A stretch of 64,000 nucleotides of DNA from Anaeramoeba ignava BMAN (Eukaryota; Protista; Anaeramoebae), in contig JAPDFW010000109.1 in assembly GCA_028826165.1 (NCBI GenBank), positions 1 through 64,000 on the forward strand, in the 5' to 3' direction. Every line of letters starts with the position of its first letter. The stretch's first letter is position 1. Of the stretch, positions 1-14,658 are shown piece by piece. The position numbers were made by a program, and so were the translations under genes. The notes under the pieces were generated by a model that did no database searches, had not been told where the DNA came from, and worked only from the letters and a program-made list of their open reading frames with translations.

Positions 1-59
1 AATTTTTGAAATCAAATCTTTGAATAATTTGTTGAATATTTGGAATAATAAATTCTTCA

Positions 60-513
60 CATTTTTCAATAAGAACTTTAGATGAAATGTTTTGACTTTT
101 GAAATAAATGATAGCAATATTATCAAGTTGTAGATATTCTTTCATTTCAAGTTCAATTTGTTTTTAACATCATTTAACTTATTTTGATTAGCAAATTCCC
201 AATATTTATCAAATTCTTCTTTATTAAAAAGATAATTCTCCACTATAAATATATTCCATTATTGGTGTAAACAATATTTGAATGAAAATTATTAAATGTT
301 AATTTTGTCTGTTGTTTTTCAAAAATTTTGGTTAAAAAGTTAATGAACGAGCAGTCAAAATGGATTTATGGCAATAAAGTATTCTTTTATCAATTCCACA
401 ATAAATTTGAATATCTGATGTTTTTATTAAATATTGATAAAATTTGTTTCTGATGTTTTTATTAAAATTCTTTAAATTTTTGTAATTCGTTTTGGTTTTT
501 GGTTTTGATTCAT
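60..513 (-). pseudogene. Degraded BTB/POZ-domain gene
   Basis: Minus-strand fragments read SDIQIYCGIDKRILYCHKSILTARS and IMEYIYSGEL (BTB motifs HK.IL.ARS and EY.Y.G). They are broken by frameshifts and stops. ATG at 513; the 3' end is approximate. Confidence 0.6.
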
Positions 514-519
514 TTTTCC

Positions 520-1850
520 TTTTTCAAATAAATAAAATAAATTTAATTAATAATTTATAAATATTTTGATTATTTAAATAATTTAGATAAATAATATTTT
601 TATATTTTTAAATAAATAAAAATAAATAAAAATTAAATAATTTTAATTGATAATTTATAAATATTTTTATTATTTAAATAATTTATGTTTAAAATAATTA
701 TTATTATTTATTTATAAATCACTTACTTTTATTGTCTGATGTTTTTCTATTTTGTTTTTCAAATAAATAAAATAATTTTAAATAAATAATTTATAAATAT
801 TTTTATTATTTAAATAATTTAGATAAATAATTTTATAAATATTTTTATTATTTATTTTTAAATATTATTTAAATAATTTATGTTTAAAATATTATTTTAT
901 ATCTTTTTAATTTAAATATTGTTTTTGCTCTTTTTCAAATAAATAAAAACAAATTAAATTTAAAATTAAATTTAATTAATTTATAATTATTTTTGGTTTA
1001 TTTAGATAAATAAAATTAAAATAATAATTTATGAGTAAAATTATATTTTTTTTATATTTTTAATTAATTTTTCCTTTTTAATAAATAAAATAAATTAAAT
1101 TTAAATTTAATAAATAATTTATAAAAATATTTTGATTATTTAAATAATTTAAATAAATGATTTTATGTTTAAAATAATAATTTATATTTTTATATTTTTA
1201 TTTCTTACTTTTTTGTGATGTTTTCTGTTTTTCCTTTTTAATAAATAAAATAAATTAAAAATTAAATAATTTTAATAAATAATTTATAAATATTTTGATT
1301 ATTTAAATAATTTAAATAAATAATTTATGTGTAAAATAATAATTATATATTTTTAATTTAATTATTTTTATATTTTTAATTTTTGTTTTTTTTTTTTCCC
1401 CTTTTTTTTAAATAAAATAAATTGAAATTAAATAATATTAATAAATAATTTATAAATATTTTGATTATTTAAATAATTTAAATAAATAATTTTATATTAA
1501 AATAATAATTTAATATTTTTAATTTAATTATTTTTAATTTTTATTTTAATTTTTATTAAAATAAAATAAATTTAAATTAAATAATTTTAATAAATAGTTT
1601 ATAAATATTTTGATTATTTAAATAATTTAAATAAATAATTTATGTTTAAAATAATATTTTAATATTTTTAATTTAATTATTTTTAATTTTTAATTTGTGT
1701 TTTTCCTTTTTAATAAATAAAATAAATTTAAATTAAATAATATTAATTAATAATTTATAAATATTTTGATTATTTAAATAATTTAGATAAATAATTTATG
1801 TGTAAAATAATAAATATAAATAAATTACTTTTTATTTCTTTTGTGTTTTA
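520..1850. repeat. Degenerate AT-rich tandem repeat, unit about 150-180 bp
   Basis: The block aataatttataaatattttgattatttaaataattt recurs at about 550, 655, 790, 1115, 1280, 1445, 1595 and 1750. Confidence 0.8.
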
Positions 1851-2199
1851 CTTTTATGAAAAAAAAAATGAAAAAAAATGAAAAATTTGTTTTTTTTATT
1901 TTTTTAATTAAAAAAAAAAAAAAAAAAAAAAGAAATTAAAAAAGAAAATTTCTTATTTATTAAGTTTTGAATAAATTTCAAAACAAATTGTTTATTTAAT
2001 TTATTTTTCAAAAATGAAATAAAATTGATAAAATTGTTCTTAATCATAATTTTGAATTTTTAATTAAATTTATTTATTTTTCCAAATAAAAATTAATTAA
2101 AATATTTTTGAAAGAATTTATAAATAAATTAAATCTATTTAAATATTGAATTTCTTTCTATTTTTGGAAATAATTTAATAATAATTTTTAAATCAAAAC

Positions 2200-5100
2200 A
2201 ATTCAATTCTATCTATTTTTTTTTTGGAATTTAAATATTAATATTTTTGGAATTTAAATAATTCTATTAACAAAAAAGAAAATTTTTGAATATTTTATAT
2301 TTTGTAATAAAAAATCAAGAAATATTTCTTTTTTTGGAAATGTTTTGATTTGAGTTTGAGGTTTATAAAGGAAATAAATTTGGAAATTTTGTTGAATAAA
2401 AAAGGAATAAATGAATAAATAAATAAATAAATAATAAATAGTTTTTTCAAAGTTATTCAAAAGTAGAATTAAATAAAATCTTCCAAAATTTGAAGATAAA
2501 TATTTTAAAGAAGATTTGTTGAGTATTTATATAATAATTGATTTATCTCTATAATATTTGTGAATTTGGAAATATTTTGAAATCAAATTTGTTTTGGATT
2601 ATATTTTGGATTAAGTAAATGAACAGATATCATGTTTTTAAAAAGAATTTTGAATATTTCTTGATTAAATTGATTTAAATAATAAATTCAATAAGAGTTA
2701 GAATTTTGATATTTATATCATTTTCCAATATTTAAGTAAAGAGAATTGAAATTTAAAAGTGATTTGGGGTTTTGAAGATTATTTTCATTTGTTTCATTTT
2801 GTTTTTCCAATAAGGATTTAATTTCTCAATTTTAAAGAAGTTAGAATTTATAAATAATTTTTTTTGTTGTTAAATAATTAAGATTAATGAACAGAAATAA
2901 CTTGTTATTGTTTAGAATTTTGTGAATTTAAATTGGATTTGAAATTGAATTCAATATTTTGAAAAAGAATTTTTTGTTTGATATTAATGGAAATCTTTTC
3001 AAAATGGAATGATTAATAAATATTTATGATTAGGAATTTTGTAATTTTATCAATTATTTTGGAGAAATGAAGAATAATTTTGTATTAAATTAAATTAAAT
3101 TAAATTAAATTAAATTTATTGATAAAATTGAGTTATATCTGTTATATTTTTTTGAATAGATTAAATAGAAGTATATTTCCTTGAAATAAATAAATAATTT
3201 GTGAATATTATTGAAATTATTAAGAAATGTATTTTCAATTCAATTCAATTTAATATTCTTTTTCTTGAAGAAAATAATTGAATAATAATTTTGAAATGGA
3301 ATTAAATAATATTCTGGAAACTGGAAATATTTCTAAAGAAAGGATATATAAATTATTCAAAAATGTTGTTGAATTTTGTTAATTTTGTTTTAGAATATAA
3401 AAAGTTGTAATTAATCATCAATTTCAAAATATTTGTGGAAAATATTCTTTTTGTGTATTTTGAATAATTGATATTTACAAATAAAAGGGAGAAATATTTT
3501 GTGAAGATTTGTGAAAATAAGTATTCATTGATATCAGTAATTTTTTATTCAAAAAAAAATATTTAAGAAATATATTTTGATTTTATCTTTTTTTTCAGTT
3601 TCAAGAAAATGGAAAAATTTTCATAATTTTAATATTTGGTTAATTGTTTATTTGTGATATTTTGATTCAAGAAATAAATAAATATTCAAATTATTATTTT
3701 AAGTTATTGAATATATGTATCAAGTGATTCCAATGCAAAAATAAATTGAAGATATTTAAATAATTTTCATAAATTCTTGAAATAATAAAAATGGAAATAA
3801 GTATTTCTGTTTATGGATTAAATTGTTGAATATATGTAAGATAGATATTTTTGTTGTTGATAATAATTCAAATTCTTCTTTCTTTTCATAATATAAATAA
3901 AATAATCTTGAAAAATTGTGAGATTTGAGAAATATTGATTAAAGTGGAAGAAAATATTTCTGTAATGATGTAAACAGTTAGAAAGTTTGTTTTTGAAAGG
4001 GAAATGAATGAAAATTGTTGTATATTCAATATTAAAAGATCAAATAAGTGATGAAATATTTTGGAAATCAAGAAGATATTTTCTTTTCTTTTTATTGTAA
4101 ATGTTTCAATTTGTGGATTATCTCTTAATTGTTATTCATTTTTTCTTAATAGAAAAATCTATATTAAATAAAATTCTTTCTTTCTTTCTTTCTTCTTTTA
4201 AATTTCTTTTTAAAATATCCAATAATGTTAAATATCAATAGTTTTCATTTAATTCAAATATTAAAATGAATTCTGTAACAAGATCTATAAAAAAAACAAG
4301 AGAAACAAATAAGAATTAATAAAATATTTCATGTGCTAATTATAGATTTTAAGGAAATATTTTGGTTATTAATTTAATTACACAAATTTCTTCTTCTTCT
4401 TTTTTTCGAATAAGAAATAACATTAAAAACGAGAATATAAATGTTTTTCTTTATAATATCAATAAATAGATTATGAAAATACAGTAAGCTTGTTATTGTT
4501 TGTTTTATGTTAATTTCTTTTTTTGATTTTGAAATGTAGAATTGTTTTAAAATATCCATTTTAAGTTCTTTTTCTTTTTCTTCTTTAAAATATTCCATAA
4601 TAATATTTGGTTTTATCTTGATATTTGATTTATTGATTTCAAAATTTTTTTCAATTAGATTCAATCTGTTTTCTTTGTGTTTCTATTCAAAGATTCTATT
4701 TTAATATCAATTTTATCAACTGAAATATATATTTTTTATTGTATTATTTTTGAATTGAGAAAAGAGATATAATGTTATTGATGAATTTTTTTTTTGATTT
4801 AATACAAAGGTGAAAACTTGAATATTTATCAATTTGATTTCCTTTTTCTTTTATTATTATTTTTTTTTTGTTTTTGCAATTAAATTTTCATAATCAAAAT
4901 TAATGTAAATTTGATTTGATTTCTTTTAAATATTATGAAGAGATATATTTATTTTGTTGATTATAATTTTGTTTAAATTTCATTTCAATTTGTAAATAAT
5001 TTGATAATTTAAATTATTTGTGTTTTGATAATTGAAATTTATTGTTAGATTTCTTTTTTTTAGAAAATGTATCAATTTTGATTTTTGATTTGGGAATTTT

Positions 5101-5450
5101 GTTTCATAATTTTATTCAATTAATATAATAAGTTTCATTTTCAAAATTATTTTTTTTTGAATATAAGGAAATATTTTATAAATTTTTGAGAGTTTTTATT
5201 TGATAAATTCTATTGTATTCCTTTTTTAAATAAATAAAAAAATTATTTTGGAATTTGAATTAAAAATTTTAAATCAAATAAAATAATTTACTATTGGATA
5301 ATAATAATCATCTTCTTCAATTTTCTAAATTGTTTTAATAATTATTTCTTGAATAAAATCAACAATTTCAAATCATTTTTGAAGCAAAAATTTGAAATTT
5401 TCTTTTTAATAATAATATCTAAATATTTCTTCAATTTTTAATTTCTTCAT
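2200..5450 (-). pseudogene. Possible heavily decayed coding sequence of unknown identity
   Basis: Non-repetitive, with slightly higher GC and codon-like minus-strand fragments (e.g. IEEDDYYYPIV, KEEKEKELKMDILKQF). There is no ORF over 100 aa and no consistent splice model. Confidence 0.3.
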
Positions 5451-5459
5451 TATTAATTT

Positions 5460-7830
5460 TAACATATTTATATTTATTTTTAAATCAATTTTGAATTAAT
5501 TTGGATAATAAAATCTTTTATAAATTATATAAATAAATTATTTTTATATTTTAATTTTAATTTTTATTATTTAATTTTTGATTAAATTTATATTAAAAAT
5601 GTTTAAATTATTTTATTAATTATTTAATAAGGAAAATAAATAATAAAATTATATTTTATATTATTAATTTATTTCAAAATAATTTTATATTTTAAATTTA
5701 ATTAAATATTATTATTTAAAATTTATTTAATATTATTTTATTTTTTGAAATAAAATTAATTAATTTAATTTTTGATTTAAATTTATATTTATTTTTAAAA
5801 TCAATTTTGAATTAATTTAGATAATAAATTCTTTTTATAAATTATATAAATAAATTATTTTACATTTTTAATTAACATTTTTATTATTTAATTTTTGATT
5901 AAATTTATATTAAAAAAATGATTAAATTATTTTATTAATTATTTAATAATGAAATGAATAATAAAATTATATTTTTATATTATTAATTTATTTCAAATTA
6001 ATTTATACTTTAAATTTAATTAAATATTATTTATTATTTATTATTATTTAAAATTATTTTATTTTTTTTTGGAAATAAAATTAATTAAATTTAATTTTTG
6101 ATTTAAATTTATATTCATTTTTAAATCAATTTTGAATTAATTTGGATAATAAATTCTTTTTTATAAATTATATAAATAAATTATTTTACATTTTAATTTT
6201 TATTTTTATTATTTAATTTTTGATTAAATTTATATTAAAAATGTTTAAATTATTTTATTAATTATTTAATAAGGAAAATAAATAATAAAATTATATTTTA
6301 TATTATTAATTTATTTCAAAAATAATTTATATTTTAAATTTAATTAAATATTATTATTTAAATTTATTTAATATTATTTTATTTTTGGAAATGAAATTAA
6401 TTAAATTTTAATTTTTGATTTAAATTTATATTTATTTTTAAATCAATTTTGAATTAATTTAGATAATAAATTCTTTTTATAAATTATATAAATAAATTAT
6501 TTTACATTTTAATTTTGATTTTTTTATTTATTTTTTTTTTAAATTTATATTTTAAAAATGTTTTAAATTTTTTATTAATTATTTATTTAGAAAAACAAAA
6601 ATGAATAATAAAATTATATTTTATATTATTAATTTATTTCAAATTAATTTATATTTTAAAATTTAATTAAATATTATTATTTAAATTTATTTTAAAAATT
6701 ATTTTATTTTTGGAAATGAAATTAATTAAATTTAATTTTTGATTTAAATTTATATCTATTTTTAAATCAATTTTGAATTAATTTAGATAATAAAATCTTT
6801 TATAAATTATATAAATAAATTATTTTACATTAATTTTATTTTTATTATTTAATTTTTTGATTAAATTTATATTAAAAATTATTAAAAATTATTTTATTAA
6901 TTATTTAATAAGGAAAATAAATAATAAAATTATATTTTTATATCATTAATTTATTTTCAAAATAATTTATACTTTTAAATTTAATTAAATATTATTATTT
7001 AATATTATTTAATATTATTTAATATTATTTTATTTTTGGAAATAAAATTAATTAAAATTAATTTTTGATTTAAATTTATATTTATTTTTAAATCAATTTT
7101 TGAATTTAATTTAGATAATAAATTCTTTTTATAAATTATATAAATAAATTATTTTATATTTTTAATTTTAATTTTTATTATTTTATTTTTATAATTTTGT
7201 TTTTAAAATTTTTATTTGATTTTTTCTTTTATTTAATAAGGAAAATAAATAATAAAAATTATATTTTATATCATTAATTTATTTCAAATTAATTTATAAT
7301 TTAAATTTAATTAAATATTATTATTTAAATTTATTTAAAATTATTTTATTTTTGGAAATTAAATTAATTAAATTTAATTTTTGATTTAAATTTATATTTA
7401 TTTTTAAATCAATTTTGAATTAATTTAGATAATAAATTCTTTTTTTATAAATTATATAAATAAATTATTTTACATTTTAATTTTAATTTTTATTATTTAA
7501 TTTTTGATTAAATTTATATTAAAAATTATTAAATTATTTTATTAATTATTTAATAAGGAAAATAAATAATAAAATTATATTTTATATCATTAATTTATTT
7601 CAAATTAATTTATACTTTAAATTTAATTAAATATTATTATTTAAATTTATTTAAAATTATTTTATTTTTGGAAATTAAAATTAATTAAATTTAATTTTTG
7701 ATTTAAATTTATATTTATTTTTAAATCAATTTTGAATTAATTTAGATAATAAATTCTTTTTATAAATTATATAAATAAATTATTTTACATTTTAATTAAC
7801 ATTTTCTCTTTATTTTTATAATTTTGTTTT
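5460..7830. repeat. Satellite, unit about 320 bp, about 7.5 copies
   Basis: The marker aaatcaattttgaattaattt(a/g)gataataaa occurs at about 5482, 5799, 6123, 6440, 6763, 7090, 7406 and 7723. Confidence 0.9.
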
Positions 7831-7914
7831 TGAAATTTTTATTTGATTTTTTTCTTTTTCTTTTTATTTTTAATTTAGAAAACAAAACAAAAACAAAAAT
7901 GAATAAAAGTTTTA

Positions 7915-9100
7915 AAATCATTTCTTAATTAATTTTATTGCAAAATAGTAAATTAATTATTATTAAAAATTAAAGTAAAATAATAAATGAAATATTTTAA
8001 TTAAATTTATTTCTTTTATTTTTAATAATATTAATTTAATATTAATAATAAATCCTTTTTAAAATCATTTCTTAATTAATTTTATTGCAAAATAATAAAT
8101 TAATTATAATTAAAAATTAAGTAAAATAATAAATAAAATATTTTAATTAATTTTATTTCTTTATTTTTAATAATTTTAATTTAATATTAATAATAAATTC
8201 TTTTTAAAATCATTTTTAATTAATTTTATTGCAAAATAATAAATAAATTATAATTAAAAATTAAATTAAATTTTTATCTAATTTTGTTTCAAATTTATTT
8301 CTTTATTTTTAATAACATTAATTTAATATTAATAATAAATTCTTTTTAAAATTATTTCTTAATTAATTTTATTGCAAAATAATAAAATAATTATTATTAA
8401 AAATTAAATTAAATTTTTATCTAATTTTGTTTCAAATTTATTTCTTTTATTTTTAATAATATTAATTTAATATTAATAATAAATTCTTTTTGAAATCATT
8501 TCTTAATTAATTTTATTGCAAAATAATAAATTAAATTATTATTAAAAATTAAGTAAAATAATAAATAAAATATTTTAATCAAATTTATTTCTTTATTTTT
8601 AATAATAATTAATTTAATATTAATAATAAATCCTTTTTAAAATCATTTCTCAATTAAATTTAATGCAAAATAATAAATTAATTATAATTAAAAATTAAAT
8701 TAAATTTTTATCTAATTTTTGTTTCAAATTTATTTCTTTATTTTTAATAATTTTGAATTAATTTAGATAATAAATTCTTTTTAAAATTATTTCTTAATTA
8801 ATTTTATTACAAAATAGTAAATTAATTATTATTAAAAATTAAATTAAATAATAAATAAAATATTTTAATCAATTTTATTTCTTTATTTTTAATAATATTA
8901 ATTTAATATTAATAATAAATTCTTTTTTAAAATTATTTTTTAATTAATTTTATTGCAAAATAGTAAATTAATTATTATTAAAAATTAAGTAAAATAATAA
9001 ATAAAATATTTTAATCAAATTTATTTCTTTATTTTTAATAATAATTAATTTAATATTAATAATAAATCCTTTTTTAAAATTATTTCTTAATTAATTTTAT
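7915..9100. repeat. Satellite, unit about 145 bp, about 8-9 copies
   Basis: The marker ttaattaattttattgcaaaata recurs at about 7925, 8072, 8217, 8359, 8503, 8651, 8795, 8940 and 9087. Confidence 0.9.
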
Positions 9101-9195
9101 TGAGAAGAAGATTCGAAAATGAATTCAAAAACTGTTGATTTTTTTAGTGATTTTTATTTGAGAATTTAAATCTCATTTACTTTAAAAAAAAGAGA

Positions 9196-9595
9196 ATTTG
9201 ATTTTGAATTTGAATTTGAATTTGAATTTGAATTTGAATTTGAATTTGAATTTGAATTTGAATTTGAATTTTGAATTTAAATTTGAATTTAAATTTGAAT
9301 CTTGAATTTGAATTTGAATTTAATTTGATTTTGAATTTGAATTTGAATTTGAATTTGAATTTGAATTTGAATTTGAATTTGAATTTGAATTTGAATTTGA
9401 ATTTGATTTGAATTTGAAATTGATTTTGAAATTGATTTTGATTTTGAATTTGATTTTGATTTTGAATTTTAATTTGAATTTGAATTTGAATTTGAATTTG
9501 AATTTGAATTTGAATTTGATTTTGAATTTGAATTTGATTTTGAATTTGATTTTGAATTTGAATTTGTATTTGTATTTAAATTTGACTTTGAATTT
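9196..9595. repeat. (TTTGAA)n microsatellite
   Basis: Hexamer array read directly, just downstream of the membrane-protein gene's stop codon. Confidence 0.95.
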
Positions 9596-9651
9596 CTTTT
9601 GTTATGTTTGATTTTTATGTGGAAAAAAAAAGGGAAAAATAATTTAATTGA

Positions 9652-11201
9652 TTATTTTTCTTTTTTATTTTCATCATTATCATTATCATTATCATTATCA
9701 TTTTCAGAATCGGAACTTTCTGTTTGTTCTGAACTTTCAGTGTTATCTTCTTTATTATCTTCTTTGTTATCTTCTTTATTATTTTCTTTTTTATCTTCTT
9801 TTTTATCTTCTTTATTATCTTCTTTTTTAATGTTATCTTCTTTTTTATCTTCTTTATTATCTTCTTTTTTAATTGGAATTTGTTGTCTTGGTCTTCTTCT
9901 TTGTTGTTGTTGCTGCTGTTGTTGTTGTGGATTTGATTTTTTTCCAAATAATTGAAAAACTAATTTGATTTTGAAAAAGAAGAAAAATAAAAAATAAAAA
10001 ATAAACATTTCATTTGAAATTTTTATTTTTATTTTTATTTTACGTAAAAGTCCGCCACCAATTCCAAATAAAAGTAATTTTATGAATGAAGATTTTTGAC
10101 TTTGTTTTTTTTGAATTTCAAAAGATTTCACTTCTTTTTTTGTTTCATCAATAATTTCAATTACAAATGATTTTTGATTGAGTAAAACAATTTGTGAATA
10201 TTTAGATCCTTTTTCTTGGTTTTCTGGTTTCCATTTTTGAAACGAGAAGTATAGTTTCCTTGATATATCAAAATCTATATTCATTAATGATTCCCAAGGT
10301 CCTTCTGTTGATTCTGTTGAAAGAAGAATATTTCCAGATAAACCTGAATCTAAATCACTTGTTTTTTTTTTTTTGGGATTTGAAATTAAAATTAATTTAA
10401 AATTCATTTTGAAATTAAAATTAAAATTAAAATTAAAATTAAAATTAATATTAAAATTAAAATTAAAATTAAAATTAAAATTCATTTATAAAATTAAAAT
10501 CAAAATCAAAATCAAAATTAAAATTAATATTAAAATTAAAATTAATATTAAAATTAAAATTAAAATTAAATTCAAAATTTAAATTAAAATTAAAATTAAA
10601 ATTCATTTATAAAATTTAAAATTAAAATTAAAATTAAAATTCATTTATAAAATTAAAATTCATTTATAAAATTAAAATTAAAATTAAAATTAAAATTAAA
10701 ATAAAAATTAAAATTTAAATTAAAATTGAAATTCATTTTGAAATTAAAATTTAAAAAAGATTTACACTTTAACATAATAAAATTCTTCTTCGTCTTCATT
10801 TGTTAAATTTAATGAACCAATTAATTCTTTATCAAACTTTAAAGTAAGTTCTCCTGATGAAAACGCATCTTCTATTAATTTTTGAAATGATAAAAAATTG
10901 ATTTGAATATTTTTTGTTTTATAAAAATTTAATTTTTAAAAAAAAAATAATACTTTCTGGAGTTGAAGAATCAAATTTAGAAATAAATCCTTGGACAATC
11001 CATTCACTTAATTAAAAAAAAATGAAAAATAAAAGAAAAAAAAATTTTTTTTTGATTTTTAATTAAAAAATTGTTTTTTCTTTTTCTTTTTCTTTTTCAA
11101 TTTTATCTAACAAACCCAACAAAAAAATCCTTTAAATTGAAAGAGGCACAAGATATAACTGAAAAAAGTAGAATTATCAAAAATAATTTTTGGGAAATCA
11201 T
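9652..11201 (-). CDS. Single-pass type I membrane protein with signal peptide, acidic tail and C-terminal KKxx motif (ER-resident candidate); 5 exons
   Basis: ATG at 11201 gives MISQKLFLIILLFSVISCASFNLKDFFVG|EWIVQGFISKFDSSTPE|...VK|VDLDSGLSGN..., joined by GT-AG introns. TM segment LLLFGIGGGLLLFQLFG, then KEDN repeats; ends ...NKKEK*. Confidence 0.75.
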
Positions 11202-11357
11202 TGAACAAATTTTTTGAAAAATGAAAAATGAAAAATGAAAAATGAAAAAAAATTTATTTCAATAATGAAAATAAAAACAATTCAAATTAAAAACAAAAAA
11301 TCAAATTTAAAAAGTGGAATAACAAATCTTTTTCTTAAATTTTCTATTAGTCTTCAT

Positions 11358-13465
11358 TTATAAAAGTTTACTTGGATTGTTTTGTTTTGCATTTAAAGAT
11401 TTTATTTGAGAATTTTTTCTTTTAATTTCTTGTTTAAGTTTTTCATTTTCTTGAATAACTTCTTTTAATTTTGAACTTAAAACCATATTCTCCTCTTTTA
11501 GTTCTGTATTTTCATCAATTAATTTTTTTAATTGCTTTTCTTCTTTTTGTTTTTTTGTTGTTTTAGTCTTTTTTTTTAATTAATTTTTTAATTAATTTTT
11601 TAATTAATTTTTGAATTTTTGGAAAGAAATAATATTTACTCTTTTAATTGGATTTTGAATAGATTGGATTGAATGATTTGATTTAGGAGAAGAAGAAACT
11701 CTTTCATTTTCATCAATTAAGAAATTATTGTCAAGTCTTTTAATCTAAATTTTTTGAATATTTTTTGGATATTTTTGGATATTTAAATATTTAGATATTT
11801 AGATATTATTTGGATATTTAGATATTTAGATATTTAGATATTTAGATATTTAGATATTTAGATATTTAGATATTTAGATATTTAAATATTTAGATATTTA
11901 GATATTTGGATATTTAGATATTTAGATATTTAGATATTTAGATATTTAGATATTTGGATATTTAGATATTTAGATATTTAGATATTTAGATATTTAGATA
12001 TTTAGATATTTAGATATTTAGATATTTAGATATTTAGATATTTCAGAGATATTTAGATATTTAGATATTTAGATATTTAGATATTTAGATATTTAAATAT
12101 TTAGATATTTAGATATTTAGATATTTAGATATTTTAGATATTTAGATATTTAGATATTTAGATATTTAAGATATTATTTATTATTTAGATATTTTGAATT
12201 TTTAGATATTTAGATATTTTAGATATTTAGATATTTAGATATTTAGATATTTAGATATTTAGATATTTAGATATTTAGATATTTAGATATTTAGATATTA
12301 TTTAGATATTTAGATATATTCAGATATTTTAGATATTTAGATATTTAGATATTTAGATATTTAGATATTTAGATATTTAGATATTTAGATATTTAGATAT
12401 TTTAGATATTTGGATATTTAGATATTTAGATATTTAGATATTTTTGGATATTTAGATATTTTAGATATTTAGATATTATTTAGATATTTAGATATTTAGA
12501 TATTTAGATATTTGGATATTATTTAGATATTTTTAGATATTTAGATATTAGATATTTGGATATTTAGATATTTTGATATTTAGATATTTAGATATTATTT
12601 AGATATTTTTTAAGATATTTAGATTTAGATATTTATTTAGATATTTTAGATATTATTTAGATATTTAGATATTTAGATATTTAGATATTTTTAGATATTT
12701 AAGATATTTAGATATTTTGATATTTTAGATTTAGATTTTTATTTAGATGTTATTTAGATATTTAGATATTTAGATATTTAGATATTTAGATATTTAGATA
12801 TTTAGATATTTAGATATTTAGATATTTAGATATTTAGATATTTAGATATTTAGATATTATTTAGATATTTAGATATTATTTAGATATTTAGATATTTAGA
12901 TATTTTAGATATTTAGATATTTAGATATTTAGATATTATTTAAATATTTAGATATTTAGATATTATTTAAATATTTAGATATTTAGATATTATTTAGATA
13001 TTATTTAGATATTTAGATATTTAGATATATTTAGATATTTTATTTAGATATTTTATTCAATAGATATTTAGATATTTAGATATTTAGATATTTGGATATT
13101 TGGATATTTAGATATTTGGATATTATTTAGATATTATTTAGATATTATTTAGATATTATTTAAATATTTAGATATTTAGATATTATTTGGATATTTAGAT
13201 ATTTGGATATTTAGATATTTAGATATTTAGATATTTAGATATTTAGATATTTAAATATTTTTTAATAAAGAATAAATAAAAAAAGAATAAAAGAAGTAGA
13301 ATTAAGAAAATCAAAATAAACCTTCCTATAATTTGCCATTCTACAACGATTACAAATTCTAGTTGATTTATTGAATTCTGGTGAAAGTGAAATTAAAATT
13401 TTTAATGGTTTTGGTCTTGAAAAACCAAGAAGATTTATTCCACAACAACAACAATGTTGATCCAT
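11358..13465 (-). CDS. Small Cys-rich (CCCC...CxxC) coiled-coil protein, copy A; 3 exons
   Basis: MDQHCCCCGINLLGFSRPKP...ICNRCRMANYRK|IKRLDNNF...NPIKR|TKTTKKQKEEKQLKKLIDENTELKEEN...SKLL*. Intron 1 (11745-13321) is GT-AG. Inverted paralog of 14057-14658. Confidence 0.8.
11760..13260. repeat. Intronic (GATATTTA)n 8-mer array (sense strand TAAATATC)
   Basis: About 1.5 kb of degenerate 8-mer array filling intron 1 of copy A. Confidence 0.95.
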
Positions 13466-14056
13466 AAAAAAAAAACAAACAAAATAGAAAAATAATTTGA
13501 AAATAATTTGTGAAGAAAATGTGAAGAAAAAAATAATTTAGATTTTCCAATTTAAATTTAAATTAATTTGGTTCGACTTTTCATTTTTTTTTTATTTGGA
13601 TTTTAATTTTTGATTTAAAAAAATAATTGAATTAGTGATAAATAAAATAAAAAATGAATTAAAAAAAGAAATCCAACACACGAAAACAAAAATTCTTCTT
13701 TTTCTTTTTATTTTTTTTTTTTAAAGAATTTTCAAGCAAGCAAACTCAATTAATTTTTTTCTTTTATTTAAATTTTTTTATTTTAAAAAGAATCTTTTTA
13801 TTAAAATTTAAAAAGAAAATTTAAACATAAAGGATCTCCCCAAAAGGAACAAGAGGATCAATTCCCATTTAAACAATTCCTAAAAACCCAAACAAGAAGA
13901 AAAACAAAATAAAAAAAAAATCCAACAAACTAAAAAAAAAATTAAAAAAAAGATCAGAAAGGTATTGGATCATTTTTTTCCTTTTCCTTTTCCTTTTTTT
14001 TTATTATTATTATTATTATTTTTGTTTTTTGTTTTTTTCCCTTTTTTCTTTTTAAA

Positions 14057-14658
14057 ATGCAAATTAATCAATTTTGTTGTTGTTGTGGTATAAATTTAAT
14101 AGATTTTTCAAGACCAAAACCAACAAAAATTTTAATTTCGCTTTCACCAGAATTCAATAAATCAACTAGAATTTGTAATCGTTGTAGAATGGCAAATTAT
14201 AGGAAGGTTTATTTTGATTTTCTTAATTCTACTTCTTTTATTCTTTTTTTATTTATTCTTTACTAAAAAATATTAAAAAAATTTAGATTAAAAGAGTTGA
14301 TAATAATTTCTTAATTGATGAAAATGAAAGTGTTTCTTCTTCTCCTAAATCAAATCATTCAACCCAATCTATTCAAAATCCAATTAAAAGAGTAAATATT
14401 ATTTCTTTCCAAAAATTTAAAAATTATTAAAAAATTAATTAAAAAATTAATTAAAAAAAAAAGACCAAAACAACAAAAAAACAAAAAGAAGAAAAGCAAT
14501 TAAAAAAACTAATTGATGAAAATACAGAACTAAAAGAGGAGAATATGGTTTTAAGTTCAAAATTAAAAGAAGTTATTCAAGAAAATGAAAAACTTAAACA
14601 AGAAATTAAAAGAAAAAATTCTCAAATAAAATCTTTAAATGCAAAACAAAATATATAA
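14057..14658 (+). CDS. Small Cys-rich coiled-coil protein, copy B; 3 exons
   Basis: MQINQFCCCCGINLIDFSRPKP...NYRK|IKRVDNNF...|TKTTKK...AKQNI*. Intron 1 is 14207-14286 (80 nt). Near-identical to the reverse complement of copy A. Confidence 0.8.

Noticed and set aside
5460-9100. Regularly spaced repeats resembling a CRISPR array
   Set aside because: The whole units are similar, with no unique spacers. There are no cas genes, and the context is eukaryotic.
11760-13260. (TTTAGATA)n or (CAAT)n as interstitial telomere repeats
   Set aside because: They are not G-rich telomere-type units. The 8-mer array lies within a GT-AG intron and has a local seed in the paralogous intron.
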